Shown here: positions 1 to 8,593 of the stretch, in pieces | Layout of the letters: each line of letters starts with the position of its first letter | Position numbering within the stretch: the first letter of the stretch is position 1 | Source: a virus | DNA length: 64,000 nt | IMG/VR virus record: IMGVR_UViG_3300045988_184160 | Location: 1-64,000 of that record | Strand: one strand, 5' to 3' | Position numbers and translations under genes: made by a program | Notes under the pieces: model-generated | Seen by the model: only the letters and a program-made list of their open reading frames with translations | Told to the model about the DNA's origin: nothing | Databases searched by the model: none

Positions 1-2
1 AG

Positions 3-272
3 GTTATTAAGATTGACCGTTTCGCACCTACCACTCAAACCTGCTCTATCTGCGGCACACCCAATGGTAAAAAGCCGCTAAACATCCGTGAATGGTCCTG
101 CACCAGCTGCCAGCACCGCGTAGACAGGGACCGGAACGCGGCAGTTAATATTATGCTCGCGGCAGGTCTTGCCGAGAGCCTAAACGAACAATGTGGAGAT
201 GATGTAAGACGCCAGCTTGCTGGTGCTGTTGTTGTTGATGCTGTTCACCCACCGAGAGCAGCTACGTTCTAG
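3..272 (+). CDS. tnpB: TnpB-type (IS200/IS605 OrfB) RNA-guided nuclease, C-terminal fragment cut by the window edge
   Basis: Frame open from the window edge to TAG 270-272. Translation ...DRFAPTTQTCSICG...CTSCQHRVDRDRNAAVNIML carries a CxxC..CxxC zinc ribbon plus the RuvC-III motif DRDxNAAxNI typical of TnpB/OrfB. Confidence 0.8.
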   Translation, partial: VIKIDRFAPTTQTCSICGTPNGKKPLNIREWSCTSCQHRVDRDRNAAVNIMLAAGLAESLNEQCGDDVRRQLAGAVVVDAVHPPRAATF

Positions 273-811
273 TGAATGTGGCTACTAGTAGGAATCTCCG
301 CCTTGAAAGGCGGAGAGGAAGTCAATTTTTCGTTGTTCGCATCAGCTAAACGAACGTAATCATCCAGGAAAGCGAAATTGAGTTTTTTGTTCTCAGGGAG
401 GATAAAACCCTGCGTATTCTCATACCCTCGCTCCTGAATTATTTTCGTTTCCGGGTACCTCTCAGTGAACACAGCACAGTGCACACCAGTGGGGTAATGT
501 TTCTTCTGCAGCTCTTCGAACTCCCCGTACTCTATGGTGGGGAACTTTGTGTTAGCAACAACCCTGCTAGCTGGAACCGTGGGGTGCACGCCACCAACAC
601 CGTAGCACAAGGCGTCTCTGTCGGCACCGTAGTGCGGCCGTATGTCGATCACCTCAGAGTAGGTGAGCAGGTTCTTCCCGTTATCGTAGAAACCATTCAC
701 ACCGGTGAGATGTTTACCAACCTTTGGTAGTGATCCCAACCATATGGTGTTCCCACCTTCTTTACGGTTGTGGTATTCGCAGGTCTCAATGTACATCATT
801 TTTATTGACAT
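269..811 (-). CDS. hypothetical protein
   Basis: ORF track gives 269..865. I prefer the ATG at 811 (GGAAGG about 8 nt upstream) over the GTG at 865, which has no RBS. No motif recognised. The last ~15 codons run through the hairpin at 295-316. Confidence 0.6.
   Translation of the reverse strand: MSIKMMYIETCEYHNRKEGGNTIWLGSLPKVGKHLTGVNGFYDNGKNLLTYSEVIDIRPHYGADRDALCYGVGGVHPTVPASRVVANTKFPTIEYGEFEELQKKHYPTGVHCAVFTERYPETKIIQERGYENTQGFILPENKKLNFAFLDDYVRLADANNEKLTSSPPFKAEIPTSSHIH
295..316. other. Perfect 8-bp-stem hairpin just downstream of the tnpB stop (candidate IS right-end hairpin or terminator)
   Basis: TCTCCGCC-ttgaaa-GGCGGAGA, 23 nt after the tnpB stop codon. Confidence 0.4.
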
Positions 812-947
812 GTGTAGCCAACCTTCCCTAATGTTTTGTGTCCAATATTTTTGGGGGCGTGGCACAAAACTAGGGTGAGCCCCATATTAGAAGAATACTA
901 CTTCCTCGATCAGGGCTCACCCTAACTATAGCACAGGGCAGAAAAAA

Positions 948-1883
948 CTACTCCTTCGGCAATTTATCCTTCGCCCATGCCAAGCGCTCTTTAGTGTCCA
1001 TGCGTAGTATTTCTTGGAAGAAGCTGGGATCCGTTTCCCCCACGATTTTTCCTTGCACCACTTTATAGTAGGTGGCTAGTAGCTCCTCATACGGTGTGCC
1101 TTCTGCGCTCTGGCGCTCCTGCGGTGGGCGCACCCTACTGGTGGGGAGGTAGAACTGGGTTAAGTCGTTGAGCGACCTATACTTCTGTTTGATGATGGAC
1201 ATGACGTACACGTCTTGGAGGTCTTCAACACTAGCGGCTTTCACTACAGCTAGTTTCTGCAGCCCTGAGAATCCTTGCGCGTACACGTTCTCCTTAGTCT
1301 CGTCTCGAAGATCATACGGGAGAAGCGTATTGTACATGATATCCAGCAGGTGCGTCATGGGTAGTGTCTCGTCGCTCAGGTAGAACCTTGGGAAATCAAT
1401 GCCTCCCCACCTGCCTGAAAGCTTGTAGGCACCCTCTAAGGCAGGGAAAACAGGGTCTTCTTCCCTTGGGTTTTCTAGCACGGAGATGGACGAGAAAATA
1501 ACCCGCCCGCTGTCCCGTAGTCTCTCAGCGTCAGCTTTTAGGATGTTGCTGATGACGAGTATGGTGACGATCTTATTGGGGTCAATACCACCCTGCACGC
1601 CGAGCGCATCAGACAGGGGGTCTGAGAGCAGTGTCGGCTTGAGGTCTCCCCTGACCCGCCAAGAATCGTGCTCTAACCTGCTATTACCGTAAATATCTTC
1701 GGGGTACAGGGCGGAGATTTTACGCCTCTTGTTGTGCCCAAGAATAACAGGGAAAAACCCCTCACCTTTGAGACGGTCATATTCTGCCTCGATCTCACCG
1801 ATAGACCCGACTCGCAGCTCCGTTGGTTCCGCGTCAGCCCCTTTGTATATGGCGTACTCGTATCCCCTGGTTTCGTTTCCCAT
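948..1883 (-). CDS. hypothetical protein (311 aa)
   Basis: Long ORF with AGGAGC about 11 nt upstream of the ATG. No motif recognised. Confidence 0.7.
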   Translation of the reverse strand: MGNETRGYEYAIYKGADAEPTELRVGSIGEIEAEYDRLKGEGFFPVILGHNKRRKISALYPEDIYGNSRLEHDSWRVRGDLKPTLLSDPLSDALGVQGGIDPNKIVTILVISNILKADAERLRDSGRVIFSSISVLENPREEDPVFPALEGAYKLSGRWGGIDFPRFYLSDETLPMTHLLDIMYNTLLPYDLRDETKENVYAQGFSGLQKLAVVKAASVEDLQDVYVMSIIKQKYRSLNDLTQFYLPTSRVRPPQERQSAEGTPYEELLATYYKVVQGKIVGETDPSFFQEILRMDTKERLAWAKDKLPKE

Positions 1884-2025
1884 AACGTTCTACCGCTCCT
1901 CTTTTGTTGGTTTCTGGTGGGTATTGTAATCATACAACAAACCCCCTCCGTCACGGGGCGGGTAGGGGGCGTTTACCATATAGGGGCACAAAAACATGCG
2001 CCCCGCAACAGGAAGGAAAACCAAG

Positions 2026-3360
2026 ATGGACAGCATCACCATCACCACAGGAACCTACAAAAAGATCGACAAACTACTTTCCCTAGTAGGTAAAACCAGT
2101 GGGAACGGGAAAACCAGCCTAACACTAGGTGCCACCTATGATAAGGGAAGCGTAGTAGCTAAAATCTGTGTCCCGAACACCGCAGACAACAACAGCACCT
2201 ATGTGGAGGCGCTAATCACTGATAACAGAAACACCTCCTCTGAGCATGCGAGTGTTGAGGTAGATCCGAAAGACTTCACCCACCAAATAAACGAAGGGCT
2301 TGCACAAAACCCCGACTGCCGGACCATCACACTCGAAACAACCGAACCAAACGGGAAAATCTTTGCGCGATTCACCCCAAACAACGGGGAAATCCTAGGG
2401 AACTACATCAACCCAGCACACACAAATGAGCGAAACAGCGAAACAATAACAGAATTTCTCAGGGACAATACGCCACCAACCCACAGTGTCACCCTAACCC
2501 CAACAGAAATACGGACAATGGGGCAAGCCGCCACCATCGCCAACGGCGCATACGAGCACAAGCCCATTGAGGTGTACGGCGTGTACGTGAAACTCACAGG
2601 CAAGGAACGAGTGTATGGTGCCACAGACGAGTACAAGGCAATAAAACACACCTGCCTCACCGACACAGACTTCAAGGGCAAAAACATGAGCGGTAACATC
2701 CGCATCCCCCGCGGCGCAGTCCGAGCAGCTGAAGCACTAACCCCAGGACGCGGAAAAGAACTGTACCCCACCGTCCTGCACCTCAACGCAGGGGACAACA
2801 CCGGCTCCTTCGAAGCCCCCAACGGGACAGTGTATTTCACGTTCTCCACCCTGCAGGGCGAGCCCAAGGCTCGTTCCGTGGAAGAAATCATTTTTGAGAA
2901 AACCAGAGCAGACATGGGGTGGGAAACCATAGACATTGATGGGGTCGCCCTCACCGAGTTCGTGGCAGATATCAAAAAGAAGACCCGCAGCATCAAACAG
3001 GTTTTCGTCACCATCACCCCAGACGACAACAACGACAATAATGATACGGTCACCCTCTCAGCTGACTACCACGACTATGGTAAAACATCACAGAGACTCC
3101 TCACAAGGACAGTGGACACGGCCCCCAGGGACCCAGACCAGTATGTCGGGCACGCCAGCTTCAACCTGCCACCACTGATAACTATCCTAAACACCCTCGC
3201 ACCAACCAAGGGAACTCAACTTGGGGTTGTATCCATCGAGCCACCTAACCATGAGCACCCTAAAAACATCCTACTGTCCCACACAGTACTGGAAGACGGG
3301 AAACCGGTGGTGGATAGTGCGGTTGTGGTGGGTACGCCGTACATCCCGCGTAAACGCTAA
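2026..3360 (+). CDS. divergent DnaN (beta sliding clamp)-like protein
   Basis: ATG at 2026 with AGGAAGGA upstream (ORF track starts at 1996). Segments collinear with DnaN landmarks: VYGATDEYKAIKH (cf. ATDGHRLA), NIRIPRGAVRAAEAL, ASFNLPPLITILNTL (cf. FNxxYLxDxL), C-terminal TPYIPRKR (cf. MPMRL). Size fits three domains. The fold assignment is by eye only. Confidence 0.5.
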   Translation: MDSITITTGTYKKIDKLLSLVGKTSGNGKTSLTLGATYDKGSVVAKICVPNTADNNSTYVEALITDNRNTSSEHASVEVDPKDFTHQINEGLAQNPDCRTITLETTEPNGKIFARFTPNNGEILGNYINPAHTNERNSETITEFLRDNTPPTHSVTLTPTEIRTMGQAATIANGAYEHKPIEVYGVYVKLTGKERVYGATDEYKAIKHTCLTDTDFKGKNMSGNIRIPRGAVRAAEALTPGRGKELYPTVLHLNAGDNTGSFEAPNGTVYFTFSTLQGEPKARSVEEIIFEKTRADMGWETIDIDGVALTEFVADIKKKTRSIKQVFVTITPDDNNDNNDTVTLSADYHDYGKTSQRLLTRTVDTAPRDPDQYVGHASFNLPPLITILNTLAPTKGTQLGVVSIEPPNHEHPKNILLSHTVLEDGKPVVDSAVVVGTPYIPRKR

Positions 3361-3373
3361 GCATTATCATGCT

Positions 3374-3413
3374 GTGGCGGGTATCTGACCCTGACAGTTC
3401 GGATACCCGCCAC
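3374..3413 (+). terminator. stem-loop after the clamp-like gene (12-bp perfect stem, no strong T-run)
   Basis: GTGGCGGGTATC-16 nt-GATACCCGCCAC, 14 nt after the stop at 3360. Confidence 0.4.
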
Positions 3414-3480
3414 CATTGGTTTACGGTGAAACCGTGTCAATAGTTGATAAAACCCCACCTGATGAAGAATAATAAGGAAC

Positions 3481-4281
3481 ATGAAAAAATATGTAGCAAA
3501 CATTGTTCACGAAAACCTTGCAACCGAAAATATTAAGTTCGGATTGAGTGTTTTTAAAGAACACCTCCACCGTGCAGGTGTCGGGTTACGTGTCGTGCAT
3601 GTGACTGATTCTCGTGTAATTTATGAGCCGTTCCCCGTCAGTTGGGAAGCCCCGATCCCACTAGAAACGATTGACGGCAAGGAAACCACTTTAAAACTGA
3701 GCATGCCTATCTACGGGTTACCTTCCGAGCAGAAGAAAGCTATATTGAGTGAAGCGCAGGTCATGCTGAGAACCGGAGAAGTATTCGTCATAGGTGGGGA
3801 CTATTGTTCCTTCTTAGGGATAAGATCTGTGGAGTTCACCCCCAACGCTGGGGAGCAATACCATAGGGTCATGAAAAACGGTACCTTCATGCCGAACAAG
3901 TACCCCACTCCTAAACAGTGGGCGCGGAAAATTAGTAGGACGATAGAAGATACAACGGTAGAATACATTATGTCTCATGAGGGTCCTCGCCCCACGCGAG
4001 AGGAAGCTCTATCTTCGATGGACTACGAGCTGACGACAAGAATGCTTCATGAGGATATCAGAACTCCGAACACCTGCTTTGTAACCCCTAAAGGGAATAC
4101 TACATGTGCATTTGACTTGTTTAGTGAAGAAACCGGTACGTTATTCTCAGAGGCTCCTCTCACGGCTGCGGAGCAGGAGCAGATCTATGAAGGTATCGTA
4201 AATTACATCGAAACCTCGGTTGCTGACGCATGCGACAGGGCATTTATGGAGTGGGAAGCTAACTTGAGGTACGGGTTTTAG
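3481..4281 (+). CDS. hypothetical protein (266 aa)
   Basis: ATG with AAGGA RBS. No motif recognised. Confidence 0.7.
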   Translation: MKKYVANIVHENLATENIKFGLSVFKEHLHRAGVGLRVVHVTDSRVIYEPFPVSWEAPIPLETIDGKETTLKLSMPIYGLPSEQKKAILSEAQVMLRTGEVFVIGGDYCSFLGIRSVEFTPNAGEQYHRVMKNGTFMPNKYPTPKQWARKISRTIEDTTVEYIMSHEGPRPTREEALSSMDYELTTRMLHEDIRTPNTCFVTPKGNTTCAFDLFSEETGTLFSEAPLTAAEQEQIYEGIVNYIETSVADACDRAFMEWEANLRYGF

Positions 4282-4282
4282 T

Positions 4283-4570
4283 ATGGAAACTATTACAGTG
4301 AAACTAGAAGACGATAACCTGCTGATACCACCCAAGTGTAGTGAGGTGGTGGTGCGGATACCTGCCAAGTATGAGCAGAACCTATATGACGCATTGGGTG
4401 GGGCGTATCCAGCTGGGGCAACCGATCAGGAACCGGATGTTGTGTTCACTGAGGAAGAGGCGCGGAACCTCCCATACGTTAGAGAATCCCAGGATGTTCG
4501 TAATGCAATGAACAATATGAACCTGCAATCAAAAGTCAAATACGTGCAGTGGCTCGCGCAGTCCCGCTAA
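4283..4570 (+). CDS. hypothetical protein (95 aa)
   Basis: ATG 1 nt after the preceding stop, so translationally coupled. Confidence 0.6.
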   Translation: METITVKLEDDNLLIPPKCSEVVVRIPAKYEQNLYDALGGAYPAGATDQEPDVVFTEEEARNLPYVRESQDVRNAMNNMNLQSKVKYVQWLAQSR

Positions 4571-4583
4571 CCTGGGCATTATC

Positions 4584-4608
4584 GCCCTCCCGTTTTTACG
4601 GGGGGGGT
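4584..4608 (+). repeat. C-run/G-run hairpin, copy A of a repeated intergenic element
   Basis: CCCTCCCG-ttttta-CGGGGGGG followed by TATTAC. A near-identical element lies at 5151-5176, and each precedes one member of a paralogous gene pair. Confidence 0.7.
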
Positions 4609-4659
4609 ATTACGTATATAGAAGCAAATAAACACGAAAGTCAGGAGAACCATCCCGCT

Positions 4660-5121
4660 ATGACACACGAAGAAAACAGCAACAAGCCAGGGCTCGTATT
4701 ATTCACTCTAGAATACGATCTCTATGATGAATCCTACACCTACATCACCGCACTACCATATAATGGGAAACTCGGGGGATACATCGACCGCATCCACGAA
4801 GAAACCGTGTTGCTAAACAACCTAGCCTACGACGCGGGCTCATTAAGCAGCATCTACCTAGACATATTCGATTTCGACACCTACAAGGAAGCGAAAGCAG
4901 CCGCCCAAGGTGCGACGCTCATGGATGTTGAAGAGAACTCTGGGATGTCACCTATCGGTGAGGTGGATGCAGAGAAGCTGCAGAAGGCTATTGAGATAAT
5001 AGAGCGCGTTAGGGGGAACATCAAATTGACGGGTGACGAATCCCAAGATAAGAAGAACGCGCGGGACGCTGTTATAGCGGTGGCTAGTGAAACTGGGTTG
5101 TGGCTCAACCCCAACGACTAG
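4660..5121 (+). CDS. hypothetical protein, tandem paralogue A
   Basis: ATG at 4660 with AGGAGA 11 nt upstream (the ORF track start at 4549 would cross the hairpin). Shares KPGLxxFT, YTYITxLPYxGK and ETGLW with 5242..5700. Confidence 0.7.
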   Translation: MTHEENSNKPGLVLFTLEYDLYDESYTYITALPYNGKLGGYIDRIHEETVLLNNLAYDAGSLSSIYLDIFDFDTYKEAKAAAQGATLMDVEENSGMSPIGEVDAEKLQKAIEIIERVRGNIKLTGDESQDKKNARDAVIAVASETGLWLNPND

Positions 5122-5150
5122 TGCCACAACCATAAACAGTTTCCCTACGT

Positions 5151-5176
5151 CCCCTCCCCGTTTTCACGGGGGGGGG
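5151..5176 (+). repeat. C-run/G-run hairpin, copy B
   Basis: CCCCTCCCCG-ttttca-CGGGGGGGGG (G9 run) followed by ATTAC. Same architecture as 4584-4608. Confidence 0.7.
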
Positions 5177-5241
5177 ATTACTAATTCAGACACCCACACC
5201 AACCCACCCCGTAAGAGGCAAACAGAGAAAGAAAAGAAAAA

Positions 5242-5700
5242 ATGGCAAACACAGGAAACAACCAACCAGGGCTCGCTAAATTCACAAAAACGATCCCTCA
5301 CAACAACGGGTACGAAGGGTACACGTACATCACAGTGCTACCCTACAGTGGCAAAGTCGCATCATACATCGAAGAGATCAAACAGTTAACACGCACACTG
5401 GACGCGGCGTGCCAAGATAAAGATTTATTATCCATAGAATGCGAAACCGTGACCTTCCAAACATACGCCGAAGCGAAAGTAGCTGGCTCCGGTGCGCACT
5501 TCCTAGGTGGAGAAAATTTTGTTGGCTACGCCGCAATACAGGAAGCTACAGCAGAGTCCCTGCAGAACGCGGTTAAGGTGCTTAAGAATTACATTAACAA
5601 CCTGAATAGTCAGATCCAGGATTATGGGTGCTTAGATGAAGACGATCTTGTTGGTGTCTTGAATGAGGTATCTTTTGAGACTGGGCTCTGGTACGTTTAA
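5242..5700 (+). CDS. hypothetical protein, tandem paralogue B
   Basis: 152 aa. Collinear similarity to 4660..5121 (QPGLAKFT, YTYITVLPYSGK, ETGLWYV). Confidence 0.7.
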   Translation: MANTGNNQPGLAKFTKTIPHNNGYEGYTYITVLPYSGKVASYIEEIKQLTRTLDAACQDKDLLSIECETVTFQTYAEAKVAGSGAHFLGGENFVGYAAIQEATAESLQNAVKVLKNYINNLNSQIQDYGCLDEDDLVGVLNEVSFETGLWYV

Positions 5701-5776
5701 ATAAGAAGGTGCCCACTATCTGAGGTCTTGCTACTAATCATCTAGCGGGGCCTTGGGTAGGGGGTATTGTGATGAT

Positions 5777-6583
5777 ATGACTACTAAAGAAAAAGAATGT
5801 GTACTGTACCCGTCCCTCAAATTCGCTTGGAAGGAAGTATTTCCGGGGAACGAGCTGTTTCATGTGATGAAACCAGGCAGGGTTGTTGTTTCGCCGAGCA
5901 AATTCGGTGTTAGTAGCACGCGCCGTAGTGTTGATGTCGAACCTGTTTTTGGTTCTGCCGAGCAGTTTAATGAGGGGCTTGTGGAGATGTGTAGGATCTT
6001 CGGTAGAAGGTTCGCATTAGTCCTGTATTCAGGGGAGATCCCAAGCGTTGAATCCTTCGGTTCGTTATGTACCTGTGGCACCCATGTTTTATCGGATAAA
6101 ACAATTTATACGGTGGAGGATATGGCTTACGGTAAAATAGGAATCCTCACAGGTGAGCGTCTCCTAACTGACTCAGGTTTGGATATTGTAGCCGTCGACA
6201 GTGAGCTGTCACGCCTATTGACGGAGGCGTTCGAGAAACGAACATATAATCATGGAGGCCCGTCAGCCGTAGGCACAGCTATCCTGTTCTCCTACCTGCG
6301 TGACATGTATTCGGCGCTTACTCTAACTGGGCGAATCGTTTTTGATCCTAAAGCTGATAGGGCTCTTGACTTGGGGTGCGGTCTTTATGTTACGGTGGGT
6401 GACTCTAACCTGAGGGGTTCTTCTGGGGATTGGGTTCTTAGTGTTGCGCATTTACATGTTAATCGTTCATCCGATCAGGTTTCCTTGATTATTGGGGATA
6501 TGACTATGCCTTTAGGTGTTAGCCGTTCATTATCTGAGGCGCTTCAGTATTTGCACGATGAGGTTAAGCGTATATTTTCTTAG
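5777..6583 (+). CDS. hypothetical protein
   Basis: ATG at 5777 inside the track ORF 5753..6583. No motif recognised. Confidence 0.65.
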   Translation: MTTKEKECVLYPSLKFAWKEVFPGNELFHVMKPGRVVVSPSKFGVSSTRRSVDVEPVFGSAEQFNEGLVEMCRIFGRRFALVLYSGEIPSVESFGSLCTCGTHVLSDKTIYTVEDMAYGKIGILTGERLLTDSGLDIVAVDSELSRLLTEAFEKRTYNHGGPSAVGTAILFSYLRDMYSALTLTGRIVFDPKADRALDLGCGLYVTVGDSNLRGSSGDWVLSVAHLHVNRSSDQVSLIIGDMTMPLGVSRSLSEALQYLHDEVKRIFS

Positions 6584-6622
6584 CCCACCAAGAGCTATTA
6601 TTTCCATTATATGGGTTGGGTT

Positions 6623-6651
6623 TTGTGAAACGCTGTCTGGTGTTATAGAAT
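6623..6651 (+). promoter_or_regulatory. candidate sigma70-type promoter upstream of tRNA-Met
   Basis: TTGTGA, 17-nt spacer, TAGAAT, about 80 nt upstream of the tRNA. Confidence 0.35.
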
Positions 6652-6733
6652 AGTGATTACGTGAGGGGCTGGGGAAGAGAGTCAACATTAGACACTGCAT
6701 CCAAACACCTCTTTTCTTGCCCCTCTCGTGTTT

Positions 6734-6810
6734 GGGCTGTTAGCTCAGCCGGTCAGAGCAGATGACTCATAATCATCCGGTCGTGGGTTCAAGTCCCACA
6801 CAGCCCACCA
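6734..6810 (+). tRNA. tRNA with CAT anticodon (elongator Met type, or Ile2 if lysidine-modified), CCA encoded
   Basis: Cloverleaf folded by hand: acceptor GGGCTGT/ACAGCCC, D stem GCTC/GAGC, anticodon stem GATGA/TCATC, loop CTCATAA, T arm GTGGG-TTCAAGT-CCCAC. G1-C72 is paired, so it is not initiator-like. Confidence 0.9.
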
Positions 6811-6820
6811 AAAAATTTTT

Positions 6821-6870
6821 ATTGGGTGGAGCATGTAAATTCCGTTGCACATGTTCCACCCAATATTTTT
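6821..6870 (+). terminator. rho-independent terminator after tRNA-Met
   Basis: 16-bp stem ATTGGGTGGAGCATGT / ACATGTTCCACCCAAT (1 mismatch) followed by ATTTTT. Confidence 0.7.
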
Positions 6871-7144
6871 ATGCCCAATACTTGGGGTTAGTCCTCCTGG
6901 TCTTTTATGATTCCTTCGTCTTTGCCACCGATCTCCCCGAGGCGGGACAGGAACTCTAAGACGTTCCCAATGATTTCTATGAAACCACCAATAGCTTCTA
7001 TAGCGTCCACGGGATAATCATCTCAATCTAACTAATGATTACGACACCCTAATAATAGCAACCCTCTTGCACCCCTTGAGACCACACTGATACCATGTGA
7101 ATCACAGCACCGCATAAACAGAGAAGAGAAGGAGACCCCAAGGT

Positions 7145-7507
7145 ATGCCGCTCTGCCATTACTGGATAGTCACCTACCACCCTAACCCCATACGTGAAGA
7201 CCGCGTGTCCATCGGGGTTATCGCCTCCGACGATCTTACAGTCGAGTGCAGGTTCATTCGCACCCCAGAGGTGCTACCCATCAACCATCCCCCAAAATAC
7301 CTAGCAGAGGGCATCCGGGATCTAGAAAAAACCATACAAAACCTCAACACCACCAACAACCCAGCCCCACCCTACAACCAAATCGAACACTACAGGGCGC
7401 ACCTGAACAACACCTACCAGCTCACAGCACCGAGGATCGCTTCATCTGTTTCGGGTGTGAGTGAGGCTGTGGAGGACTTATACAGGGCTTTCGTAGCACC
7501 AGAATAA
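7145..7507 (+). CDS. hypothetical protein, N-terminus resembles the DUF3037 family
   Basis: AGGAGA RBS. HYWIVTYHPNPIREDRVSIGVIAS resembles the DUF3037 N-terminal pattern (Y.h.h...P...REE..N.GVI) as I recall it. Confidence 0.6.
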   Translation: MPLCHYWIVTYHPNPIREDRVSIGVIASDDLTVECRFIRTPEVLPINHPPKYLAEGIRDLEKTIQNLNTTNNPAPPYNQIEHYRAHLNNTYQLTAPRIASSVSGVSEAVEDLYRAFVAPE

Positions 7508-7520
7508 GGCGAATACTTGT

Positions 7521-7952
7521 TTACTGCAGGGGTGCCGCCCACCGTGTAATAGTCACGCCATTAGCGCCCTCAACAGCAACCCCAGTATCAAAAATACGAT
7601 CAACATCAAACCAGCTCGACACCACACCATACTCCCTAACGCCCAGAGGGAACCTCACCCACCCAGGTTTACTGGGGCTCTTAAGTAGGGACAGGAAATC
7701 GTCGGGGTCAGCGAGCAGCATATACACGGGTATCGGGCGCTCCTCTGGGCCAGGGTAGCAGGACAACTCCGCGTTGATAATGTAATGCCCTGCACTAGAA
7801 GGGTTGTGGAAAACTTCGCCCCAGCTAACACGAACATAAAAAGAGCCTCGCTGCGCATCGGTTCTTCTACCCCACTCAGCGATCCTGTCTGCGATTACTC
7901 CGTGGTATTCTCCTGGGCGTAGCTCGAACGTGTATCGGGGTTGTTGTACCAT
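7521..7952 (-). CDS. hypothetical protein, tandem paralogue 1
   Basis: Track ORF is 7521..7979. The internal ATG at 7952 aligns with the paralogue start. Shared blocks: YTFELRPGEY, FYVRVS, IPVYMLL, GWVRFPLG, FDVDRIF. Confidence 0.7.
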   Translation of the reverse strand: MVQQPRYTFELRPGEYHGVIADRIAEWGRRTDAQRGSFYVRVSWGEVFHNPSSAGHYIINAELSCYPGPEERPIPVYMLLADPDDFLSLLKSPSKPGWVRFPLGVREYGVVSSWFDVDRIFDTGVAVEGANGVTITRWAAPLQ

Positions 7953-7985
7953 TTGTTTTTCTCTTTCTTCATATTCCATATGTGA

Positions 7986-8028
7986 GAATGTCGGGTAGAA
8001 AGTTTATGATTTCTTCTACCCGACATTC
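7986..8028. other. perfect 15-bp-stem hairpin between the two paralogues
   Basis: GAATGTCGGGTAGAA-13 nt-TTCTACCCGACATTC. Lies between the stop of 8054..8464 and the start of 7521..7952. Confidence 0.6.
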
Positions 8029-8053
8029 TTGTTTCTATATTTTTACCCTGTTC

Positions 8054-8464
8054 CTATAGGTAATCCTCAATAACCACATAGTTGTACCGAGAATCGATCT
8101 CTCCACCGTTCAATATAGCGTCTACATCAAAATCACGAGCAGATAGTTTACACACCTCAGGCTTATTCAACGGGAACCGATACCACCCACCTGACCTATT
8201 GGTGCCCCGTGGGCGATCCAGCAGGTGCCCACCATCTACCATAGTTATGTAAATGGGGATAATATCAGACCCGTACCCGTTAGCTTTTACTTTCAGCTCA
8301 CCGTTGTGACTTATAAATTTCATGTTTTCGTGCGTATCAGTAAACCGCACATATATATTCCCCTGAGATTTATCTACTCGCTGCGCTAGGTCATGCATGG
8401 TTTTCAGCTCAGCTAGGTCGTATGCCCCTGGTTGTAGGGCGAACTTGTAGGTTCCGGTGGGCAT
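8054..8464 (-). CDS. hypothetical protein, tandem paralogue 2
   Basis: Track ORF is 8054..8509. ATG at 8464 has GGGAGAA upstream. Shared blocks: YKFALQPGAY, IYVRFT, IPIYITM, GWYRFPL, FDVDAIL. Confidence 0.7.
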   Translation of the reverse strand: MPTGTYKFALQPGAYDLAELKTMHDLAQRVDKSQGNIYVRFTDTHENMKFISHNGELKVKANGYGSDIIPIYITMVDGGHLLDRPRGTNRSGGWYRFPLNKPEVCKLSARDFDVDAILNGGEIDSRYNYVVIEDYL

Positions 8465-8563
8465 GTTTTCTCCCGTTCTGCTTGTTTTCGTGCTGAGTAT
8501 ATAAGGCATCCCACTGGGTTTTATGTTCTGCTATTTAAGCAGGGCATCTACCGCATACAAACA

Positions 8564-8593
8564 TTGACACGCATCAGATGAAGATGCTAAAAT
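8564..8593 (+). promoter_or_regulatory. near-consensus sigma70-type promoter facing the tRNA cluster
   Basis: TTGACA, 18-nt spacer, TAAAAT, about 100 nt upstream of tRNA-Phe. Confidence 0.5.

Noticed and set aside
2403-3053. Long antisense ORFs in the track (2403..3053, 11572..12105, 15908..16444, 25561..26145, 35400..36206, 37020..37523, 37228..37842, 39289..39969, 44431..44853, 50979..51695 and similar)
   Set aside because: Each lies fully inside a longer sense ORF that has an RBS, recognisable motifs or paralogues. Their translations are low-complexity (Ser/Val/Gly/Cys/Leu-rich). They are expected by-products of A+C-rich sense strands, because the G+T-rich antisense has few stop codons.
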